The position numbers and the translations under genes are program-made. Below are positions 7,759 to 15,624 of a stretch of 25,055 nucleotides of DNA, in pieces. Origin of the DNA: Candidatus Nanohalarchaeota archaeon (GTDB lineage: Archaea; Nanohalarchaeota; Nanosalinia; Nanosalinales; JAFCCC01). How positions within the stretch are numbered: position 1 is the stretch's first letter; the number at the start of each line of letters is the position of its first letter. The notes under the pieces were generated by a model, which was not told the DNA's origin, did no database searches, and saw only the letters and a program-made list of their open reading frames with translations. The DNA lies in NCBI GenBank assembly GCA_017610385.1, contig JAFCCC010000009.1:1-25055 (forward strand), given 5' to 3'.

Positions 7759-8958
7759 GTGATGATGACAGATATAAAATCCGTCTCGAAATCTCAAGAA
7801 GATTTAGATGTAGAGATTTCGAGGATTCTAGATGAACGGGGTGGCAATTTGGAGGAAGATAGATTTAATAGATTGGCCTTGGAGCTTTTTAGATCTCAAT
7901 TTGAAAGTAATAATATCTATAGGCGTTTTTGTTTAGAAGGAAATTTAACTCCAGAGAACGTAAGTGACTGGAGAAGTATTCCCGCGATTCCAACTGCAGC
8001 ATTTAAACATGCATCCGTATCCTGCTTTCCATCAGAAAAAGCGGTTAAATCATTTACTAGCAGTGGAACGTCAGATTCAGAAAGAAAGGGGACGTATTAT
8101 CTTGATGAACGTGGAGTAAAAATATATGATAAAGCAGTTATTAGAGGCTATGAAGAATTTATGGTCCCAGATAGAAAAGTAATGCAAATTTTAGCATTAT
8201 CCCCCTCTCCTGAATTTCTTCCAAATATGTCAATGGCTAATGCGATACAGCTGTGGGTGAATTGCTATGGGAGAGAAAATAGTACATTCTTAATAGGAAA
8301 AGATGGATTAAATACAAAGGCATTTATTACTGCACTTAAACAAGCAGAAGAAACAGGAGATCCCGTTAGTATCATTGGAGCCACATTTGGTTTTGTACAT
8401 TTTCTTGATGCGTGTGCAGCAAGAGATATGAACTTCCAGTTGCCTGAGGGTAGCAGAACAATTGATGGTGGAGGGTATAAGGGAAGAAGTAGAGAAGTTC
8501 CGAAAACAGAATTCTTCTCGCAACTCTCAGAGACGTTAGGGATATCTAAGGATCACTGCATTAATCTGTTGGGAATGACGGAGCGAGCATCACAATTTTA
8601 TGATAATGTTTTAAGAAACGCCTACTTCGGAATAGAAGAACCTAGATACAAGCCAGATAGTCCATGGACTAGAACGGTTGTAGTGGATCCAGAAGATTTT
8701 AATAGGATTCTAGAACCTGATAGTCCTATGGAAGGATGGCCAGGTTGCTTCAAGAGTGAAACGGGGCTACTAAGACATTATGATTTAGCAAATGTAAGTA
8801 CTGTTTTAGGTGTACAAACAGACGATATAGGATATAGTATTAAGACTGCCTATGGAACTGGGTTTGAGATTTTAGGTAGAGCAAATGGTGCCGAAGCCAG
8901 AGGATGCTCTTTAGCCATTGAAGAACTTATGGGTGAAGCTAAAAATGGCGGCAGTTAA
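7759..8958 (+). CDS. luxE: LuxE-family acyl-protein synthetase (start may be 7762 or 7765)
   Basis: IPAIPTAAFK, AMP-binding FTSSGTS, GGGYKGR, GMTE, DLAN..VQTDDIG and the C-terminal GR...ARGCS with the conserved Cys. TATA-like TTTATAA at 7739-7745. Confidence 0.9.
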   Translation: MMMTDIKSVSKSQEDLDVEISRILDERGGNLEEDRFNRLALELFRSQFESNNIYRRFCLEGNLTPENVSDWRSIPAIPTAAFKHASVSCFPSEKAVKSFTSSGTSDSERKGTYYLDERGVKIYDKAVIRGYEEFMVPDRKVMQILALSPSPEFLPNMSMANAIQLWVNCYGRENSTFLIGKDGLNTKAFITALKQAEETGDPVSIIGATFGFVHFLDACAARDMNFQLPEGSRTIDGGGYKGRSREVPKTEFFSQLSETLGISKDHCINLLGMTERASQFYDNVLRNAYFGIEEPRYKPDSPWTRTVVVDPEDFNRILEPDSPMEGWPGCFKSETGLLRHYDLANVSTVLGVQTDDIGYSIKTAYGTGFEILGRANGAEARGCSLAIEELMGEAKNGGS

Positions 8959-10360
8959 TTTATATTCAGCAGTTTCTGTAGATACAACGGATTTATCTTT
9001 TGGAGAAAATGAGAATAAAGTAACTTTTTCGGTTCCAACGTTTACTCCTGAATCTTTGCAAAGTGCAATGACTGAAATTAAAACAAATAGAGCAAGATAC
9101 TTGCAAGACCGGCCTGTTTCTGAAATTGTTGAAGTCTTGGATCGGGTTAATAGAAAGTGGTTGGATCCCGAGTATAAGTTACGACAACAGGCGATAGAAC
9201 AGCTTCCTATTACTAGTGGATTCTCAGAAGAAATGATTGCTTTTACGCTAAACGGTATTGCAGGTATGTTTACAGAACAACAAATTTATAATATGATCAT
9301 AACAGATCTAGGAGATTCAAGAGTTTTAGATACATATATTGATAGAGAAGGCTTAGATGGGAAAATAAGAGCGTATGGTCCTGATATTATTACTAATATT
9401 TTTGCGGGGAATGTTCCTGCATTGCCGATAATCAGTTTAACACGGGGATTACTAGTTAAATCAGCGAACCTAGGAAAGGTAGCTTCTGGGGAGCCGCTCT
9501 TTGCACACCTATACCTAGAATCCATTGCAGAAGAGGATCCAGAATTAGCAAAAACAATTGCTTTGGGGTATTGGGTAGGAGGAGATGAAGAAATGGAACG
9601 ATTGGCATTTGATGTTCCAATTGTGGTAGCTTATGGTGGCCCTCAAGCAATTCAACAAATAAGTAAAAAAGTGGGGCCAGAAACTAGATTTGTTCCTTAT
9701 GGACACAAATTAGGTTTTGGAGTTATTGGAAAAGAAGGATTAACAGGGGAAGATTTATTAGGGTTATCACAACGTGCAGCCTTGGATGCTTCATTATATG
9801 ATCAGCAAGGGTGTTTGTCTCCCCATATATTTTATGTTGAAGCGGGTGGAGAAGTTTCACCTGAGCAATTTGCAGAGGAATTAGCCAAACAAATGAGTAA
9901 GTTGAGTGTAGATCTGCCACGAGGAAATTTATCTATAAAATCTAAGGCAAGTATCGCGTCTATAAGACAAAACTATGAAATGAAATCTCTTTTTGGGGGT
10001 GAAGTTAAAGTTTTCACGCCAGAAGAAGGGCTTGATTGGATGGTCATTTATGACGAGAATAACAAATTTGAGCCGTCTTGCACTTACAGGGTAATTAGAG
10101 TGAAACCAGTGAAGAGTGTAGATCAGGTATTTGAGCTAATGACTCCTTTTTCAGATTATTTGCAAACTGTTGGGGTTGAACTACCTGACGATCGCTTAGA
10201 CGCATTTGCACAAGAAATGGGCAAACTAGGTGCAACAAGAATAACGCCTATAGGTAGAATGGGAATGCCTTTAGCGCAAATCCCTCATGATGGCCATTTT
10301 GGTTTGTCTGATCTAGTTCGTTGGGCAGTTATAGAAAATGGATCATCTGCTAACTTTTAA
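8945..10360 (+). CDS. luxC: LuxC-family acyl-CoA/acyl-protein reductase
   Basis: IFAGNVP, VAYGG, YGHKLGF, YDQQGCLSPH (catalytic Cys), LQTVG and PHDG. ATG 8945 has a GGTGA RBS at 8932-8936 and overlaps the end of luxE, so it is preferred over the track start at 8918. Confidence 0.9.
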   Translation: MAAVNLYSAVSVDTTDLSFGENENKVTFSVPTFTPESLQSAMTEIKTNRARYLQDRPVSEIVEVLDRVNRKWLDPEYKLRQQAIEQLPITSGFSEEMIAFTLNGIAGMFTEQQIYNMIITDLGDSRVLDTYIDREGLDGKIRAYGPDIITNIFAGNVPALPIISLTRGLLVKSANLGKVASGEPLFAHLYLESIAEEDPELAKTIALGYWVGGDEEMERLAFDVPIVVAYGGPQAIQQISKKVGPETRFVPYGHKLGFGVIGKEGLTGEDLLGLSQRAALDASLYDQQGCLSPHIFYVEAGGEVSPEQFAEELAKQMSKLSVDLPRGNLSIKSKASIASIRQNYEMKSLFGGEVKVFTPEEGLDWMVIYDENNKFEPSCTYRVIRVKPVKSVDQVFELMTPFSDYLQTVGVELPDDRLDAFAQEMGKLGATRITPIGRMGMPLAQIPHDGHFGLSDLVRWAVIENGSSANF

Positions 10361-10390
10361 ATTCTCAGAGATAAAGATAATTAGAGTAAA

Positions 10391-10456
10391 ATAAAAACAG
10401 AACACTACTTTGTAAATCTAATTGATCTGCCGGAGATATTGCCATTTACAATTTCG
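10391..10456 (+). pseudogene. Duplicated, start-less 5' fragment (22 codons) of the gene at 12088
   Basis: 60/66 nt identical to 12088-12153. ATG is changed to ATA and the other five differences are synonymous. The frame then diverges and stops at 10495. Confidence 0.88.
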
Positions 10457-10507
10457 AGGGTGGAGGGAGAATGGAACTCACCAGCAACATTCTAATTATT
10501 TTTTAAT

Positions 10508-11917
10508 TTATTTTTTAATCACTCTTTCCAAATCACTCAGATCAAAACAATAAACTTTTTTTCCTTCGAATTCATTAATTTTGCTTTTAAAACTCTTGGC
10601 AAAAACCGCATAGATTTCCTTTCTTTCTGTATTGTGCCACAGAACAAACTTTGTTTTGCTTGCCAAATCTCTAATAATTTTTTCAGCAGTTACATTTTCT
10701 TTCCATTTGCATTCTCCGAAGAGTATTTCGTTTTTGGATTCGTTTAAAGCCAGGAGATCTATTTCAGCAGTTTTTCTTTCATTATTTTCTCTATAGAATC
10801 CCCACCATTTGCCCCACTTAACATATTTCCTTGGCAAAAGAGAGGGTGCTAATTTCTTGCAGACTTGTTCAAATTTTCTGCCAACATATGCATTTGTATC
10901 TGCTTTTATTGATTCAATAACTTTTTGTTCGCGCCTTTTATAACCGGATATGTTCTTGTAGAAATATCTGAACCAGAAATTCATAAGAGGGTGTTTTATA
11001 TAAAATATTTTTTTATGATTTATCAGTGACTCTTCTACCCCAATTAGTTCAAAATAGTGTCTTAGTTCATTCATTTGTCTAGCTATAGCACTTTCTTTTT
11101 TACGGAGAAAAGACGCAATCTCGCTTATTTTTGTGTTTCCACAAGCAATTGCGGAAAGTATATCATAATAAACGCCGGAGCGCTTTCCAAACTCCAGTGC
11201 GAGAATTTCTTTAACTTCTTCTTCCAAAGTTGCCATTTCAGTAAAGAAGAATTTGTCCATTATTTTCATAAAATCATTTCCTTTCAAATTCTCATCCTCT
11301 AAACTTATGTAATATTTCGGAAACCCCCCAAAAATTGCATAAAGTTGAATAACTTCTTCTATATTTCTTATACCCAACTCCCCACACATTTCAAAAACAC
11401 TTTTAAAAGAAAGCTCTCTTAATAAAAACTTCCTCTTAATTCGACCATATAATGGTTCCTTTCCGCTAGAAAACAGTTTATTCATAAGACCAACTAAGGA
11501 TCCTGAAAAAATAAGCAGAAGTTCTTTCCTATTTTCATTGAGATCAATGTATTTTTGCAATATTCCATATACTGCTTTATCTAAAAAAGAAAAATTTTGA
11601 AACTCGTCAAAGGCCACCACCCCATGAAAACGCTTAAATAAAACTTTAAAGAAATCATCCCAAGTTTCTATCCTTTCCAGCTCTTTTAGAACCCCTTTTT
11701 CTTTTAATACGAGTTCATACTCTGCAAGAAGGCTTTCTGTTGATTTGTATTTATTTACAAAAAAATAAAGATTCTTTTCTTTGAGAAATTCTAGAATTAG
11801 GCGGGTCTTGCCTATTCTCCTTAACCCGGAAATAGAAACAGTAAAAAGTTTGCTGTGGGCTAGATCTTTTGCTTCTTTTAAGTAATTTAATTCTTCGGTC
11901 CGGTTTATAAATTTCAT
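10508..11917 (-). CDS. Archaeal AAA+ ATPase with wHTH, DUF234 and PD-(D/E)XK nuclease domains (COG1672-like)
   Basis: N-terminal FINRTEEL, Walker A GLRRIGKT, Walker B VVAFDEFQ, PLYGR, GGFPKY, FWFRY, EIDLLA...FGECKW. Confidence 0.92.
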   Translation of the reverse strand: MKFINRTEELNYLKEAKDLAHSKLFTVSISGLRRIGKTRLILEFLKEKNLYFFVNKYKSTESLLAEYELVLKEKGVLKELERIETWDDFFKVLFKRFHGVVAFDEFQNFSFLDKAVYGILQKYIDLNENRKELLLIFSGSLVGLMNKLFSSGKEPLYGRIKRKFLLRELSFKSVFEMCGELGIRNIEEVIQLYAIFGGFPKYYISLEDENLKGNDFMKIMDKFFFTEMATLEEEVKEILALEFGKRSGVYYDILSAIACGNTKISEIASFLRKKESAIARQMNELRHYFELIGVEESLINHKKIFYIKHPLMNFWFRYFYKNISGYKRREQKVIESIKADTNAYVGRKFEQVCKKLAPSLLPRKYVKWGKWWGFYRENNERKTAEIDLLALNESKNEILFGECKWKENVTAEKIIRDLASKTKFVLWHNTERKEIYAVFAKSFKSKINEFEGKKVYCFDLSDLERVIKK

Positions 11918-11921
11918 TTAT

Positions 11922-11960
11922 ATTCACTTACTGAATAATTCACTAAATGAATATATAAAA
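11922..11960 (-). promoter_or_regulatory. TATA box plus tandem palindromic operator of the ATPase gene
   Basis: ATTCACTTACTGAATA (11922-11937) and ATTCACTAAATGAATA (11938-11953) lie between a minus-strand TTTTATATA (11960-11952) and the ATG at 11917. Confidence 0.65.
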
Positions 11961-12087
11961 CTTTCTACTGAGAATCTAGTTTTTAGGCATGAAGAATCAT
12001 GAGTATATACTCGTAGTTCAACTATCTAAAACTTTTATTATAACAAATCAGTTTTTAAATTCAGAAAACAAAATAATATCGTAAAAA

Positions 12088-12558
12088 ATGAAAACAGAAC
12101 ACTACTTTGTAAATCTAATTGATTTGCCAGAGATATTGCCATTTACTATCTCAGATATTGATGAAGAAAGACTTGAAGCTAATATTACTGTTCAGGAAAA
12201 AAGTAGTAAAAAACTATTTGAATTTGTGGATCATTTGGAACGTAAATTTGTTCCTATTCATTATATTGGCCAAGACAATATTGAAGGTAAATTTTATCAA
12301 AGATTTTTATTTTCTAGTAACGGCTTTTTAGAAATAATGCAAACGGCTCCAGCGGCGGTAATTGCACACTTTTCAGATAAGAAAGAGGCCCAAAAGTTCT
12401 CAAAAGCACTAAAAAACGCTGTTAAAAAATTTGCAATAGATCAAAGAGCTGCTAAATTCTTAATTAAGGATATTGAGGTTCAACAAGATAAAGAAGAAAA
12501 CTTGACCTATCAAACATGGACAAAACTCAAAAATATTCGTAAAGATGTGGAGTTATAA
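12088..12558 (+). CDS. Hypothetical protein (156 aa)
   Basis: Clean ORF; synonymous-only divergence from its duplicated 5' fragment indicates a real protein; TTTTAAAT TATA-like box about 30 nt upstream. Confidence 0.85.
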   Translation: MKTEHYFVNLIDLPEILPFTISDIDEERLEANITVQEKSSKKLFEFVDHLERKFVPIHYIGQDNIEGKFYQRFLFSSNGFLEIMQTAPAAVIAHFSDKKEAQKFSKALKNAVKKFAIDQRAAKFLIKDIEVQQDKEENLTYQTWTKLKNIRKDVEL

Positions 12559-12562
12559 GAAA

Positions 12563-13063
12563 ATGCATTCACTAGCTAAAAAATTAATGATGGCTCGCAA
12601 ATTAAGTTTTGGGGCAGATGGAAAAGCAGAACTTTTAGATAATGATGTCTTTTTGATGTATGGTTCTATGTTACTTCAATTACAAGATAAAGCTGGCGAA
12701 AAAATTTCATATGAGATTGGAAAAGAAATGGGAACCAGTATGATTCAAGACATTCGAAAAATGGGTTTAAGTGGAACAAAAATGATTGATTTTATTATGG
12801 ATTTATTAACCATGAAAGGTTTGGGAGAGTTTACTATTGAAAAATTTGATTTGAAAACCAAAAAGGGGGAAGTTTGGGTTAAAAACGGGCTTCTTTTGAG
12901 AGAAGCAGAAAAGGTCAATAAAAAAACAGTTAAAAATACTTTCATAGAAGGATTACTATCGGGTGTCTTTTCTAAAAATTATGATCAAGACATAGCTTGC
13001 AAAGAAATTGCTCGTGTAATGGATAATTCTAAATTATGTAGGTTTATGTTAAAATTAAATTAA
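12563..13063 (+). CDS. V4R (4-vinyl reductase) domain protein
   Basis: YEIGKEMG, GLGEF, FIEGLLSGVFS and the C-terminal KE......SKLCRF pattern. GGAG RBS precedes ATG 12563 (track start is 12545). Confidence 0.75.
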   Translation: MHSLAKKLMMARKLSFGADGKAELLDNDVFLMYGSMLLQLQDKAGEKISYEIGKEMGTSMIQDIRKMGLSGTKMIDFIMDLLTMKGLGEFTIEKFDLKTKKGEVWVKNGLLLREAEKVNKKTVKNTFIEGLLSGVFSKNYDQDIACKEIARVMDNSKLCRFMLKLN

Positions 13064-13755
13064 CGTACTTTCATAAATTCTTCTTCAGTTTCAAACACTT
13101 TTATTCCCTTATTTGTTATATGCATTGGGAATGTTCCTTTCTTTTGATTTGTTCTTCTCATTTTTTTGATTTCAATATTCCTATACAGGCCACTTCCAAT
13201 AGATAAATAATACATAACAATTACTCCATCTGAAACGAATTCTTCTACACCAAATCGTGAAAGAGATCCTTTATCTTGCTCTGGAATTTCAGCGGTTAGC
13301 AATGCAGTGACGTGCGATCTTCTTAGGATTCTAATTAAAGAGTATAATCTTTCTCTTACTTTTGCATCAGTTGAACTATACATACCTAAAACACTAGTAG
13401 AATCAAGAACAATCCGGGATGCTTTCATATGGTCTACCATATCTTCGATTCTTGTCTCAAATCCGTGTCCTTCTAACGGGTTCATATACTGTATTGAGAG
13501 CTTTTTCTTTTTTTCATAACTCTCAAAATTCCATCCAAATTCTTTTGCGTCAGCTCTAATCTCTTCTGGTTCTTCTTCTAGAGTTAAATAAATACATTTC
13601 TCTCCGTTTTTAATCCCTTCTAAAATAAATTGACAACAGAAAATGGTTTTACCTGTACCTGCGCCACCAGTAACTAAGGTAACAGAACCTTTTGGTACCC
13701 CTCCGTTCAGTAAACCATCAAGTCCGGGAATACCTGTTTTTAATCTTTCAACCAT
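13060..13755 (-). CDS. KaiC/RAD55-family single-domain RecA-fold ATPase (COG0467)
   Basis: RLKTGIPGLD, Walker A GGAGTGKT, TLEE, RIVLDS, SRFGVEEFVSDG, KMR. Confidence 0.93.
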   Translation of the reverse strand: MVERLKTGIPGLDGLLNGGVPKGSVTLVTGGAGTGKTIFCCQFILEGIKNGEKCIYLTLEEEPEEIRADAKEFGWNFESYEKKKKLSIQYMNPLEGHGFETRIEDMVDHMKASRIVLDSTSVLGMYSSTDAKVRERLYSLIRILRRSHVTALLTAEIPEQDKGSLSRFGVEEFVSDGVIVMYYLSIGSGLYRNIEIKKMRRTNQKKGTFPMHITNKGIKVFETEEEFMKVR

Positions 13756-13803
13756 AGAAATGTATTATGTTTTTCGGTATAAATAATTGAGTATAACTAA
13801 AAC

Positions 13804-13817
13804 TCCGAGCGCTCGGA
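13804..13817. promoter_or_regulatory. Perfect 14-bp palindrome TCCGAGCGCTCGGA, copy 2
   Basis: Identical to 6135-6148; about 50 bp upstream of the kaiC-like start at 13755, next to a TATA-like element at about 13778-13786. Confidence 0.6.
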
Positions 13818-13931
13818 TGCTGCAAAATTAAATTCAATTTGCATCATCATAAAAAGTAATGAAATTCTTGGAAAATTACTGAAAAAGTGACTATGTATGT
13901 AAAAATCTGCATTCAAAAGAGAATATAAACT

Positions 13932-14198
13932 TCATATATTTCCCAAAAGTTCTTGTAATGCGCGATATTTTTCAACTTCAACTGGCCAAGCAACTAAAGC
14001 TCGATCAATTTTTTTAACATTAATTTTATGTTCTCTAGCTAATTGATCAAAGTGGTATTTTACCTTGGCAATGGTGGATTTGTTTTCAGGGTCAGATTCT
14101 GGAAACATTTTTAGAATTCGAGCAACTTCAGAAACATGAGTTGGCCATTTAGCTATAATAACTTCATAAATTCTATCTCTTAAAACTTTTCCTTTCAT
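13932..14198 (-). CDS. Small winged-helix DNA-binding protein (88 aa)
   Basis: Helix-turn-helix pattern HVSEVARIL...KVKYHFDQL followed by a beta-wing KINVKKIDRALVAW. Confidence 0.7.
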   Translation of the reverse strand: MKGKVLRDRIYEVIIAKWPTHVSEVARILKMFPESDPENKSTIAKVKYHFDQLAREHKINVKKIDRALVAWPVEVEKYRALQELLGNI

Positions 14199-14236
14199 AA
14201 ACTTTTTATAACATAGTAAGAATAAATAAGTTTGTT

Positions 14237-15586
14237 TTACTCAAATTTGCCAGAACGATCATGAGTGATAATGCCCCAATTAACTGTATCTGAGCGAGTA
14301 AGTCCTAAATTCTCTCGACCAATCCAGCTCCAATCTATATTGATACAGTACATTACGGGCTGATTCCATATGTAAATACTAATAAGATCTAGGCGATCAG
14401 GAACATGATAAAGATAGTGTGCGCGACCCTCATCTAAACTAAGCTGATACCTTGCACCCATTGGCAAATTTACAGTTTTTCTTTCACCGTTATAATCAAC
14501 TTCTAAAACAGCACCAGAGGTGTGAGTAAATGTAGCAGGTAGCTCATCCAGATTTAATTCATCAGAAAGCCATTCCTTATAAAATGGGAGCTCTCCTGAA
14601 ACAACACAGACAGAACCGAAAGTTGTTTCTTTTTTTCGTTCTAAAAATTTAATGTGATTAAGAGCGATTCGCTCGAGAGCGGCTACTTTTTTGTTGAGCG
14701 CCTTGAAAGATACAACAGGACCATATAATGAAGAATTCGTTGGATAAAGTGATTCGTACAGCTCTCGGAATTCTTTTGTTAACTTTTGAAAATAACCCAA
14801 AAGAGAAGGGGGTATTTCGACTTCTGCTTTAAGAGGGGTGGTTGTATATGGAACACCTAAAGAAGACAAAGTCCTTGCGTTATTTGCAACCAATCTTAAT
14901 CCATATAAATGAACTAGTAAGAATTCTTCTGCCTCATTTCTCCATATAGAATTCGTTACAACGGTAAGAGCGTTTAAAACGCCGTCATAAATGCCTAAAA
15001 TTGGCTTGGAGGAGTTTAAATCAACCCCCAAAACATTAAATTGATCTTTAAATCCGAAACTATATGGTACAAATAAAGATTGGGCCAATTGTACATCAAA
15101 AACTTCTTTATATTTATTTACCATTCTGACTGAAAAATTTAAAGCGTGTAATGCGCTTGAAAAATAATTTTCTAAAGAGATTGTTTTTTTGTCATAAAAG
15201 GGCTCACAGAGTTTTGATGCCAAAAGAGCTGCTTCTACTTGAAGTTCCAGGGGAAATTCATCAATTTCTTCGTTTGGGTCTCTGTCCCAGGCATTTCTTA
15301 ACTCTTGTATTTCAGTAGTACAGGTTGTATAATACTGTAACCAAGGATCATCATACGGAACCTTTTCGCTAGAATCTAAAATGTGTTCAATTAAAGATGG
15401 TTCTGACTTTGGATGTTCTTTTTCATCGCAAGAAGACAAAACCAAAGGCAAAAATAAAGCGGAGAAGATAATTAAACCGCTACTAAATCGCGAGAATAAT
15501 TTTTTTAAATCAAACCTGCTTTGTCGGACTTCTTCATAAATTGTCTGACCAATGTCTTTTGACTTCAGTACATCTTCATCTGACAT
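14237..15586 (-). CDS. Hypothetical membrane-anchored protein or lipoprotein (449 aa)
   Basis: Long ORF with the hydrophobic stretch GLIIFSALFLPLVLSS-C (lipobox-like); no family recognised. Confidence 0.75.
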   Translation of the reverse strand: MSDEDVLKSKDIGQTIYEEVRQSRFDLKKLFSRFSSGLIIFSALFLPLVLSSCDEKEHPKSEPSLIEHILDSSEKVPYDDPWLQYYTTCTTEIQELRNAWDRDPNEEIDEFPLELQVEAALLASKLCEPFYDKKTISLENYFSSALHALNFSVRMVNKYKEVFDVQLAQSLFVPYSFGFKDQFNVLGVDLNSSKPILGIYDGVLNALTVVTNSIWRNEAEEFLLVHLYGLRLVANNARTLSSLGVPYTTTPLKAEVEIPPSLLGYFQKLTKEFRELYESLYPTNSSLYGPVVSFKALNKKVAALERIALNHIKFLERKKETTFGSVCVVSGELPFYKEWLSDELNLDELPATFTHTSGAVLEVDYNGERKTVNLPMGARYQLSLDEGRAHYLYHVPDRLDLISIYIWNQPVMYCINIDWSWIGRENLGLTRSDTVNWGIITHDRSGKFE

Positions 15587-15624
15587 TAATACTTTTATTT
15601 AGGCTAAAGTTCAATATTAAATTA

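Noticed and set aside
7759-10360. Bioluminescence operon
   Set aside because: No luxA, luxB, luxD or luxG is present in the window.
10355-12153. IS element or transposon with target-site duplication
   Set aside because: There is no transposase or terminal inverted repeat, and the duplication is long and synonymously diverged, unlike a TSD.
15541-15624. N-terminal extension of the pilus ATPase given in the ORF track
   Set aside because: It overlaps the divergent gene's start; ATG 15625 is more plausible.
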